DNA of 64,000 nt from positions 2,294,001 to 2,358,000 of the forward strand of contig OZ037769.1 in the NCBI GenBank assembly GCA_964035545.1, in the 5' to 3' direction. The position numbers were made by a program, and so were the translations under genes. Shown here one piece after another: positions 1-10,800 of the stretch; the stretch's first letter is position 1; each line of letters starts with the position of its first letter. This DNA comes from Bugula neritina. Lineage: Eukaryota > Animalia > Bryozoa. A model generated the notes under the pieces. That model was given only the letters and a program-made list of their open reading frames with translations, had not been told where the DNA came from and did no database searches.

Positions 1-166
1 GAGTAAATTTATAAGAGTAGTAGTGAGTTTTCTAGCAACTGCTGTGATAATCTGATTATCAAACCACATTGGAAATTTTCCTAACAATACAGTTATGTAG
101 GCAATATTTATTATGAATGCTTTTTAACTAAGCTAGCTGTACATGCACTAACTACCGGACACTAAC

Positions 167-3100
167 TTGGTAGGAGGCCCCAATACTTCTGTAGGGAGAG
201 TCCCAATTAAATGAAACACAGTCTGTGGTTACACTGGTTATCTGTAAGTTGGTTGGTTTAAATTCTGCTGGAGCTGTAAATTAATTAAGAAGTACATGCT
301 TAATACATGGAACGCAGTAACTGAATCATTTTAATAAAAAATTGCTTCAGTTACTGCAATTTAAAGTTGTCTTCTTTTGTTTTAGATCGTGGACCTTTGA
401 TGGCATGTTGAGCCTGCTGATATGGCAGGTATCACAGTTTGGTGAGTGGTACTTATCAAACATTTACTTGTAGCAGTTTGGTTATCTGTGGAAATATCAC
501 ACACATTGAACTGAATATTAGCATCTATTATAGTAATACATTATTTGAATGTCTGCAATGCTAGTCGGTTTAATAAATTATTTTACATGTTTTTGAAGGC
601 TGCAAAAATTTCGCTATTTGTATTTTTGGCTATACAAATGTTGATAAAAACTAAATTAAGCAAAAATATGATGAAAGACAAATTAATTTTAACATTTTAT
701 TGTTGATTTGAGCAGTTTAAGTAGAAATTTATTATCTTCATAACTAGCGTGTATACTTTGCTGCGAGAAAGAGCTATAAGCAGCCTACAGTATTTATTAG
801 GCTAATGCTGGAGTAGGCCTATACATACAAGTTTAGATTTAAACTATATTAAGCAGAATATTTTCATGATCTAAGCAATTAGTTTGCAAAGAAAATAACA
901 ATATTTCATACATTAAGCTCAAGTTACTTATTTATCTGTAACATGTTTTTTGTTTTCTCTGAAATCCATCAGCTAAAATTCAAAAAGCAAATTTCTACTC
1001 ACTAAATCCATAGACTTCAACCTCTGTAAGGACTAAGCTCTGTCCGTACTCAGGATACAGAGGATTTTTCTTCTCCATAACAGCTACATACTGTGCATAG
1101 ACAGCAGTTGGTAAAAGATATTCATATGTTGAGACTAGTGTAGATACACTCTGAATCACATTCCACTGACTATAGTCATCAGCTGGGTTCAAGTTACCAG
1201 AAGTTTCTTTAGATAATATCTCAAATGGACCAATTTTATTAGCAGCAGACCCTACAGCATATCAATCAACATGCCTCTGTCTGTATAATCTGGTAAATAT
1301 ATGTTGTGAGTGTAATTGAATTATGTTTAAACAGAAATGCCTATATAGTTTGTGAAGTATTAAAATAAATTACGTTATATTTTTTTATTATCAACTGCAA
1401 ACACTTAAGCCCCAACAAAGACTTATCATCTGTGTGTCAAATTATTATGTCTACAAGTACATTTAACTTACCTATGTTATGTAACTTACCAGTGTATATA
1501 TTTATATTTGCAATGAAGAATTGTCCACCCAAGTCTACTCTCCACCATGGATTATCACTTAGAGTAGACAGGAAGCACTGAGTGCAGAACTTTGCTGAAT
1601 TCCATGAGTTGAATGAACCTGATTGGTCTCCATCCACCACTACACTTGGTGAACTACTCCTAGGGTTTTGTCCTGAGGAGGAGGTAGCTTTGTTTAAAGC
1701 TACATTTGATGGTGTGGGAGAAGCTAAAAATATACATCATAGATATTTGAGAATACAAAGTAAAATATAAGATAATGTTTGCACAATACACAATTTTTAC
1801 ACTTTCAATGCAAAAACTCATGATTTAAACAGGTTACTTAAACTTACAGAACTCTAATTTCTTTCATAAAAAATGCTTCATGAACAATATTTTTCAAGCA
1901 TATACCTATAGGATTCTTATGCAGCAGCTAAATATACCATAGTCACCTTAAATTTTAGTATTAGTATAAAACTTAGTATTTTCTTTTTTACAAACATTAT
2001 AAAATGTTTTGAAAAAAATTTTGTGGTACAAAAAGATAATTTTTTCCAACTATAAAATAAAACTCATTATGTTTCACTTGATGTAGAGTAGCACTACTAG
2101 TTAAAGACCAACTGAAACTCAGGCCTAAGCTAGTTTCAGATTTTGTTAACAATGGAAATTAGTGCATTATATATTATGTGGAAAAAGATACATGTCCAGT
2201 AAAAATGGCACAGGTAAAAATGGCACAGGTAAGAATGGCACAGGTAAAAATGGTACTGATAAAAATGGCACAGGTAAAAAAGGTACTGGTAAAAATGGCA
2301 CAGGTAATAATGGCACAGGTAAAAATGGCACATTTTTACATACTCTGCCAATTGTACCATTTTTACCTGTGCTACTTTTACCTAAATTTGTAGAGTAAAT
2401 ACTAAAACTACACTTTAATCAAGTATAATATTTACAAACTAAAATATTGTCCTATTATTTAGACATTGGCTTTACATTTAAACAGAATATATATATATTA
2501 TATATCACTTATATTTTATCAGGTGCTATAATTGTAAAGTTAGCACTGAACATAATTAATTCAAGCAGTAAAAGTAATGTAGTGTAATGAATACATAATA
2601 GTTAATCTAGCATTCAGCGTTGCGTTTAGCACAATGTTCCACTCAAATAGGTTATCGCATCACGTGATTCTCGCCTACGCAACGACTGCTAGTTGTAAAT
2701 TCATTAATTAGATATCAGCACGCTCTCACTCATTGGCTGTGGCGTTACGCTTAGGCAGCCCGGATGTTTGAGTGCAGACGTTGACCCTACAGTTAGTGGA
2801 ATAGTAGCGCGCTAGCGATGCAAGCTTATTACATCAATAACATCAGTTTTAAATGATATAATTAATAAAATACAAGTGAATTTAAATTGGAATTAACTTA
2901 AAGAGGCACAGTAGACCTGTAATACCGTTTCATAGAAACAAACTTAACCTAGCTAGCCACTAAAAGAAGGCAAGAGTTTCTTACTGTACATCAAACACCT
3001 AATGATAATCACCAAAATAGGGAAAGCCAGTCAGAATCAGATGATTCTTGTAGTAAAAAAAAGAAAGAAACAACCACATGTAGAAGTGCTCAGTCTACCA

Positions 3101-6100
3101 ATTCAGGTTTGACCTCGATGGTGATGCCTGTGTGGCTCTTTAGTGCGACCTATCCAGAACACGAAATTTTAGTATATGCACTACTCGACACAATGTCGGA
3201 TGCCACATTTGTAGCTGAACCTGCAGTTAATCAGTTAGAAACACATGGTGAGCCCACCACACTGAGCATCACAACAATAGCTACAGAAGATGAAGAAATT
3301 GATTGTGTGCAATACTCAAACCTGTGTGTGAGAGGCTACAATTCAAATGAAAAGATAAAAATTAAACGGGCCTACTCTAAAAAAGAAATTCCACTTGACA
3401 AGTCTCAAATACCTACACAGGGTATGACTGAAGGATGGTCTCACCTCAGGTCAATTGTAGCAGAAATACCACCTGTCCAGGATTGTATCGTAGGGTTGCT
3501 GCTGGGTTTTGACACAGCTAGAGCATTACTGCCACTGCGGTCAATAGCCGGCAAATTTCCAGATGATCCTTTTGCTGTCCAGACACCTCTTGGTTGGAGT
3601 ATTGTAGGTCAAGTAAATAAGAGAAAACAAAAACAGAACACCCTGCAAACTAACTCTAAATTTAAAAATGAGTCTCTACCTTGTGCCATCATACGTGCTC
3701 TTGAACAAGACTTTAAAGGTACTGAAGACGCCACACACAATGCTCTTTCCCAGGACGACAACCAATTTCTGGATATTATTCAGAAGGGCATCAAGCAACA
3801 AAAAAATGGGTTCTACACAATGCCTTTACTCTTCAAGCAAAAACCAAACATGCCTAACACTAGAAAGATGGCAGAAAAAAGGCTCCACTTGTTACAACAA
3901 AAATTTTCCAAAAACCCAGAATTTAAACAGGAGTATAAAGTCTTCATGAATGACATTATACGTAAAGGACACGCTGAGCCAGTCCCAAATGAAGAGTTTA
4001 ATGTTCTGCCACGGGACACAAGCTACATACCCCACTTTGGTGTACGGCATCCAAAGAAACAGAAATTGCGCGTTGTTTTTGACTGCAGTGCTAAAAGTAA
4101 TGGTATTAGCCTGAATGACCACCTACTTCAAGGACCAGATCAAATGAACCAACTAACCGGAGTACTACTTCGCCTTAGACAAGAAAAGATCGCACTAATG
4201 TGTGACATAGAACAGATGTTTCATAGTTTTAAAGTGAATCAAGCAGATAGAAACTACCTCCGTTTTTTGTGGTATGAAGATGAGGCTCTGACCACAGTGA
4301 GAGAATACCGGATGACAGTGCATCTTTTTGGTGCAACAAGCAGCCCAGGGTGTGCAGCTTTCGGTCTACGTCAGGCGGCAAAGGATCATGTAGAACCGAA
4401 TTGTCGAATCAGTCTCAGAGCTGCAAATTTTATAAGAGAAAACTTTTACGTCGACGATGGCATCCTGAGTGTTCCCACATCAGAAGAGGTCATTGCCGTT
4501 ATTAAAGAAGCACAGCGAATCTGTTCTAAAGCGAACATTCGACTACACAAGGTTGTCAGCAATGACAAAGAAGTGATGAAACACATCCCACAATCAGAAC
4601 TATCAAAGGCTGCTCAAGAGCTGGATTTTACAAAAGAAGCCTTACCAGTAGAACGGGCGCTAGGAGTAGAATGGTGCCTAGAAAGTGATTGCTTTCAGTT
4701 TCAGGTAACCCTGCCCGTTAAGCCAGTAACCAGAAGAGGAATTCTGTCAACTATCGCCTCTGTATTTGACCCCTTTGGTTTTCTGGCTCCTTTTGTACTG
4801 ATTGGAAAAAACATACTGCACGAAATGTGTCGTGATGGAGCTGGGTGGGATGATGAGCTTAAAGAAGAACTGCATGGACAGTGGTCGAAATGGATTGCAG
4901 ATCTCCAAGGCCTTGCCAAAGTAAAGGTTCAACGCTGTGTACTGCCCGAGGATTTTGAAGAGGTGCAAGAACAATCAGTTCACCATTTTTTAGACGCAAG
5001 TACTACTGGATATGGACAATGCTCATACATCAGACTAAAAGACAGCAAGGGAAGAGTACACTGCAGCCTCCTACTTGGCAAAGCACGTGTAGCTCCTCTC
5101 AAAACCACCACTATCCCTAGGATGGAGCTACAAGCTGCCGTGACCTCAGTGAGTGTTGCACAGTACTTGACAAAAGAACTCAGATTAGAAACTGTGGAAC
5201 AACATTATTGGACAGATTCGAAAATCATTTTAGGCTATGTCAACAACGAAACAAAACGATTCCACGTATATGTTGCCAACAGAGTACAGAAGATTACACA
5301 GGATAATTAAGGGCATCCTCAATTAGAATATCATAAATTTCTCTCAAAATGTAGTTTAGGTTCTTGAATAATATGGCTTTGTGGGTTGCATGCGTGTTGC
5401 CTACTTGCAATTGTTTAGCCTAAGATCAAACTACAACCAATGAGCAGCAACCTTCATTAGGGCTGCGTTATCTATCAACATTCCATTATGGGTGCTACAT
5501 AAACAAAGTACAAAGCAAGCTATTCATTATAGCCTGCCAGCTAGCAAGCCTGTAATTAGTATGTAAGCGCCAATATCTTCTCATCCCTACGCGCTCATTG
5601 AAGCGTGAAGTACTGCGCGCTGCTAATTTTCTATGAAAAAATATAGCATTTTCAGTGTATAAATCACCAATTTATGGGCAATCTAGAAGAGTTATTGGAA
5701 AAAGAAAAAAAGTTGCACTGGAGAAATATCTCAGGATTCCAGCAGTGCAATTTTTATTCAGATATCATGTTTTCCTGCTGAGATATTTTACTGGTACTGA
5801 AAAGTCAGCTTTTCAGGCAAAATTGGCCAAAATTGGGCAGTTTTCTGTCTATAACTTTGCAAAAAAAATGAAAATTCAAATTTCCAAAAAACTTACACTG
5901 GGGAAAAAGAAGATCTACAACATAGTTTTTAAATTTTGACTCTAGCACATTTAGGTGAGATTTTATTTTACTGGTACTGAATTCTTATATGATTACAATG
6001 CAAACCTCAGCAAGGCAGTTGCAGCTAAAAGGTTGCCCTTAACTATCCTGTGTAGAGAGACTACAAATCCTAAACAATGGCACTACATCAATACTATGGA

Positions 6101-9100
6101 AAATCCAGCAGACTTGCCATCAAGGGGCACCTCAGCCTCTAAGTTATCAGATTCTAAATGGCTAAAAGAACCAGACTTCCTTTGGAGTGAAAACCTGCCT
6201 GATTTTTCAGCGTGTCAAGAGAGTTTTCTTACAAGAGACAGTGATCCAGAAATAAAAACCTGTCATCGAACGCAAACTTCTAACTCCACCAGTAGCTGGG
6301 TTGACAGGCTATCGAAGTTCTCAGATCTGAATACAGCTATACGAGCAGTAACAACACTCCGCAAAGCCTGCCAAAACAAAAGTTTCATGAAAGCCCCCCA
6401 GGCAACCGTACAAGATAACGAAGAGACAAAGTTTTTATTTTTCAAATGGGCCCAACAAGAAGGTTTACCTGACTACAACAAAGTCAAAAACGGCACATTA
6501 GACAAAAAGAGTTCATTAAGAAAACTGGATCCGATTATAGATAAGTTTGGATTAGTGAGAGTTGGTGGACGACTGCAATCTACTGAGCTTCCATATAAAG
6601 AGACGAATCCAATAATTCTGCCTCGCCAATCACACATCACTCAATTACTAGTAAGACACTGTCATGAAAGAACAGCCCATCAGAGCAAAAATGCTACAAT
6701 AGCAGAAATTAGGGCATCGGGCTATTGGATAATAGGCTGCACTCATCTCATCTCATCTCATCTCATCTACTTAATCTCACTCGGAGCGCTTTGGCTCCTT
6801 TATCGAGATGCAGTGGTGTATGAACAATTGTTTAAATTATCAGTAGTAAGGAAGAAAACCATTTTGTCTACGAGATAAGAATATAGTTAATTATGCTTTG
6901 ATTCAAAGCTCAATAGCTAGCTACTGCCAGGAGAGAAAAAAAGAAAAAAAAAAAAAAAAAAAGTAAATAAATAAATAAATATACACCGCACAGCTCCAGA
7001 TGATATAAAGCAGAGTCGGTGTAAAGTGCTTATAATCAGTTAGGCAAAGCAGCTAGAATCATTAGAAAAGTTTATGGATGCGTGTTACTCATTTGGTAAA
7101 CACATGCATTCACCACTGTGTAAAATGTAGACGACAGAGACGACCTACAGAGACGCAAAAGATGGCTAGCCTCCCTGTAGAACGAACAACACCTGGTCCA
7201 CCATTTACGTATGTTGGCTGTGACTGCTTTGGCCCATTCTATGTGAAAGAAGGCCGAAAAGAGCAAAAACGATATGACCTTATATTCTGTGTATGGCATC
7301 AAGAGCCGTGCACCTCGAACTATTAGATGATATGAGTACTGACGTATTTATAAACTCATTAAGATGCTTCATAGCTATGCGAGGACCAATAAGGCAGCTA
7401 AGATCAGACAGAGGAACAAATTTTATAGGGGCAGCAAACGAATTTCACAAAGCTTTGACAGAAAGCGCTAGAAAGCTGGACAACTTTGCACTGCGGAACA
7501 ACTTTGATTTTGTGTTTAATCCACCTAACTCAAGCCACATGGGTGGCGTCTGGGAGCGCCAGATCTGTTCAGTACGCAACATCTTGAATTCTATGCTTGC
7601 ACAGCACAAGATGAGATTTAACACTAGCACTCTTCGGACCCTCCTGTTTGAGGTTATGGCAATAGTAAATTCTAGGCCTCTGGCTGTAAATGATGACTGC
7701 ACACCATTGACACCAAACCAGTTGCTGACAATGAAAACAAAGGTTGTGCAACCTCCACCAGGAGAATTTGATGACCACGATGTTTATTCCAGAAAACGAT
7801 GGCCAACACATTTTGGCCACAATGGCGATTTGAATACCTGCAATCTCTACAGGTTAGACAGAAATGGGAAGGCTCACAGCCTAATGTAAAAAAAGACGAT
7901 ATAGTTGTGGTGAAGGATGACCAGTCGGTACGCAACAGTTGGTCGCTGGCTCGGGTAGTGGAAGCTATACCAAGCAGCGATGGCAAGGTCCGCAAGGTAA
8001 AACTATTCTTAGCTGATAGCAGTCTTGATAGAAATGGGAAACGGAGATCTGACTTTAGCTACCTAGAGAGGCTGATTCACTCCATAGTAGTAATTCAGAG
8101 AGCGCAGTATTAAGTTTTGATTTGGCAATCTAAATCTAATCAAAGGGGGGAGTGTAAAGTTAGCACTGAACATAATTAATTCAAGCAGTAAAAGTAATGT
8201 AGTGTAATGAATACATAATAGTTAATCTAGCATTCAGCGTTGAGTTTAGCACAACGTTCCACTCAAATAGGTTATCGCATCACGTGATTCTCGCCTACGC
8301 AACGACTGCTAGTTGTAAATTCATTAATTAGATAACAGCACGCTCTCACTCATTGGCTGTGGCGTTACGCTTAGGCAGCCCGGATGTTTGAGTGCAGACG
8401 TTGACCCTACAGTTAGTGGAATAGTAGCGCGCTAGCGATGCAAGCTTATTACATCAATAACATCAGTTTTAAATGATACAATTAATAAAATACAAGTGAA
8501 TTTAAATTGGAATTAACTTAAAGAGGCACAGTAGACCTGTAATACCGTTTCATAAAAACAAACTTAACCTAGCTAGCCACTAAAAGAAGGCAAGAGTTTC
8601 TTACTGTAGCGTCGCCACTAACTATAGATGAGTTGTACTGGCAGTTGGAATACGTAAAAATAAAGTTACGAAAACCAACACCAGTACAACTCATCTATAG
8701 TTAGGGGCGACGCTACAATAATCATGACATAGCACTTGGCAGCTAATAAATTAACATCTAAATTTATATATTAATAGAAAGCTTCACTACATAACCGAGT
8801 AAAATAATTGCAAAAACGTTTTTAAGACAATTTTGATTTCAAATAAGCTCTTGAGATGTTTGGCGAAACATAGAGAATGCACATGCTTAATATTTAACTG
8901 AATAATTTGACACGTGCAATTATATTGCAGCTGCCAAAGTTGAAAGCTGCAACTTATTAGCAAATAAGTTTCAGCTTGCTGCTAAAAGCAGCCATAAAAC
9001 AAACGGAATATTTATAAAATGTATAAGTTAAACCAACCACAACAGTTTTTTAGTGTTTAGACTCTGTGTACCTGTGTATGTAACTATGTGTGTGCAAAAT

Positions 9101-10136
9101 CACACTGCTAGCACAAAAAAAAACATAATATATTCATTGTTGAAGTGAATTCAAAGAAAGTAAATTTTTACCCAGCATTTTTATAATCTGAATGTTAAGT
9201 TGCCAAATAAACCTTTTACAAACTGTTGCAATGTATAACTTTATTATATACAAATATTTTTTTTCTGGTGGAGTGAATGCAGGGTGTTAGTTGCTTTATT
9301 AGTTTTTGCTTTTATTTAAACCCTAAAAATCTCTTCTACTATAATAAACTGAAATTCCTTCCAACTAGTTACTATAGCAACTGTGCTATGATTATTCTAT
9401 GCCTTTCCTAACATCTGCTTCACTCTAGCTGTTTAAATTTTGTAAAATACAGGTTTTGGTCTTTACACCAGCAAAACAGTTTGCAGAGTTTATATGAAAT
9501 GCAAGCTGAAAGCTCAACAACAAACCTACTTCTAAATGTTTATTGCATAGCTCTATGTTCAAGCCTATTCAATTTTTTTCATGAAGAAGTTTAATATATA
9601 AATGAGATAATATTATAGAGTGTCAAACCAACAAGACATACTGATGGGTTTAATAATAGAGGAGCTAGTGGAGGCCAGGTGCTTAATATGCTTGTGCTTG
9701 TAAATAATAGACTGTTTTAAATAAAGGGGTTTATCCTAATATTAGTACTTATACACGACAGGGTCAGAAAACTTCAATAGTTCAGCAACTTTCAGTATCA
9801 CCTAAGTTTAGCTTTAAAACATGAGTTAAAAATCTCTGAAGTACAAAGCGCTTTTAGCGTAATAAATATAAACTAGAACGCAGGCTATAATTTCTCCTAT
9901 GTTATGCCTGGATGGCCAGCAGTTGTGGTGAGTGGGTCTACAGCTTACAGGCTAAACATTATGTTATGTCATCATGTCATTATGTCTCTACTCTAATTTA
10001 GCAAGAGCAAGATTATATCATATAATAAGTAAAATATTTTACCTGCAAGATCAAGATTATATTCTAATATAAGTAATGTTTTACCTGCAGACAAAGACAG
10101 CAGCATCAGCAGTAACACAGCTCTCTGCTCATCCAT
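167..10136 (-). CDS. Receptor-type PTP-like gene, paralog A, 5' part only (signal peptide + F-type-lectin-like domain + start of FN3); continues beyond the left edge
   Basis: Hand-spliced exons, all GT-AG and phase-consistent: 10085-10136 (MDEQRAVLLLMLLSLSA, phase 1), 1490-1723 (NVALNKA...VVDGD...CTQC...NPWWRVDL), 1003-1251 (...YVAVM...LVLTEVEVYG), 167-273 (PAEFKPTNLQITSVTTDCVSFNWDSPY...YQ). Exon 4 has the same 107-nt length as exon 4 of paralog B and 17/36 identical residues. PTP identity is inferred from paralogy; the catalytic exons are outside the window. The exon-1 assignment across the 8.4-kb intron is the least certain part. Confidence 0.8.
2197..2380. repeat. 15-bp minisatellite (AAAAATGGCACAGGT, about 9 units) followed by inverted degenerate copies; foldback-like
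   Basis: Direct units at about 2200-2332, then CCATTTTTACCTGTGC-type reverse-complement units at about 2345-2382. Explains the KNGTG, VKMAQ and YLCHF pseudo-ORFs. Confidence 0.85.
2533..2990 (+). repeat. 5' LTR of the BEL/Pao element
   Basis: Starts TGTAAAGTTAGC and ends CTGTACA; matches 8153-8608 at offset 5620 with 5 substitutions and no indels by eye. Confidence 0.95.
5297..6052. mobile_element. Non-autonomous TIR DNA transposon (756 bp, TA TSD, Tc1/mariner-type) nested in BEL RNase H
   Basis: TIR CACAGGATA(A/G)TTAAGGGCA(T/A)CCT at both ends; TA at 5295-5296 and 6053-6054. Removing it restores NRVQKI-RETTNPKQWHYINTMENPAD in frame. Confidence 0.93.
6747..7086 (-). mobile_element. 5'-truncated non-LTR retroelement 3' end with (ATGAG)n tail (CR1/L2-like), nested in the BEL integrase zinc finger
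   Basis: TSD ACTCAT at 6741-6746 and 7087-7092; (CTCAT)n run at the left end; small stem GGAGC...GCTCC next to the tail. Removal restores GYWIIGCTH-LVNTCIHHCVKC. Family assignment is inferred from tail type only. Confidence 0.8.
8153..8717 (+). repeat. 3' LTR of the BEL/Pao element including the terminal 113-bp hairpin
   Basis: Follows the PPT; matches the 5' LTR up to 8608, then the inverted repeat 8605-8717 ending TACA, then TSD ATAAT. Confidence 0.93.
8605..8717. repeat. Near-perfect hairpin (about 52-bp arms, AATAAA in the loop): either a MITE in a TA site or the native LTR 3' end
   Basis: TGTAGCGTCGCCACTAACTATAGATGAGTTGTACTGG... pairs with ...CCAGTACAACTCATCTATAGTTAGGGGCGACGCTACA; loop AAATAAAG. 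Confidence 0.9.
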
Positions 10137-10467
10137 ATTTATGTTGAGACACGAGGGTTAGTTGTAAGCCTGACCTACATTGAGAAAGGCTAACAGCCTT
10201 ATGACTATAGCTTTACTTTTTACTCACAGCTTACAAAACACCTTTTGTATTCATGTGTTATTCTTAGTCTGAGAACTGAATGGCAGTTCCATTCAATAGT
10301 TTTATTGTGAAAAGGTCAGGGTATGCCGTTTTAAGTAACTTCCTTGTTAATAGAATTCTGTAGGTGTAATAGAGGTGGCTGCTGTTATTAAACTGCACTC
10401 TATAATGCAGATTGTTCAACTATGTATACATGCTCAAAAATATGAGGTGACTTTCTGTCAAACTTAC

Positions 10468-10800
10468 CAACTGCTTAAATACACTCTCAGCTTCTTTTCC
10501 CAATAAATCTATTAAGTTGTCTACCTGCACTTTCTCCTCCCTTTCACTCAGCTGTGAGGTTCTCCTGTATCAACTGCATCTCCTGATCCAGTTACTTCAC
10601 ACTTCTCTAGCTTTACTGAAATCCAAGCCATCTGGTGGCGTATACCTGTAACTCCAGTAGCCATTTTACTTCTACTTCTTTCAGATTATTTGTAAACTCC
10701 TGACACCATGTAATCTATTCATTTACCACACAAGAACTTTTTCTTGTAGTTCTAGTCCTTTTTTATTTTAACTGTAGAACTCTAATCATATCATAGGTTG
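10468..10800 (-). mobile_element. Decayed Ty3/Gypsy relic: LTR 3' end + tRNA-Leu PBS + gag N-terminus
   Basis: Minus strand reads AATAAA...TTACA|TGGTGTCAGGAGT (PBS from 10708, complementary to the tRNA-Leu(CAG) 3' end ACTCCTGACACCA). ATG at 10664, then degraded MATG...PPDGLDFSKARE...NWIRR...YRRTSQLSEREEKVQVDNLIDLLGKEAESVFKQL, resembling Gypsy gag starts (PPxxFDFxKxxEW...VQVxTL...GxEAExI). Upstream LTR boundary not resolved. Confidence 0.75.

Larger units (their letters stand above)
2991..8113 (+). pseudogene. pol: BEL/Pao pol polyprotein (aspartic protease, RT, RNase H, integrase), interrupted
   Basis: Protease ALLDTMSDATF; RT YIPHFGV, LRVVFDCSA, LLQGPD, CDIEQMF, HLFGATSSP, FYVDD; RNase H HHFLDAS, PRMELQAA, WTDS; integrase HHCC (CHERTAH...CVKC) and D-D-E (GCDCFGP, RSDRGTNF, GGVWER). 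Split by insertions at 5297-6052 and 6747-7086 and by frameshifts near 7290 and 7800; stop at 8111-8113. Confidence 0.95.
2533..8717 (+). mobile_element. BEL/Pao LTR retrotransposon, non-autonomous (PBS and gag deleted), in intron 1 of paralog A, antisense to the host gene
   Basis: TG...CA LTRs at 2533-2990 and 8153-8717; TSD ATAAT at 2528-2532 and 8718-8722; polypurine tract AAAGGGGGGAG at 8142-8152; pol order PR-RT-RH-IN with BEL-type motifs. Confidence 0.97.

Noticed and set aside
2136-2398. KNGTG, VKMAQ and YLCHF repeat ORFs (antifreeze- or metal-binding-looking)
   Set aside because: Three frames are open only because of a stop-free 15-bp minisatellite inside an intron; no splice or start context.
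5655-6052. 94-aa ORF and the N-terminus of the 307-aa ORF as a transposase or extra retroelement gene
   Set aside because: Both lie within the non-coding MITE; no DDE/HTH motifs; pol similarity resumes only at 6054.
9070-9137. Possible alternative signal-peptide exon for paralog A
   Set aside because: The ATG frame hits TAG within ten codons; the exon at 10085-10136 fits better.
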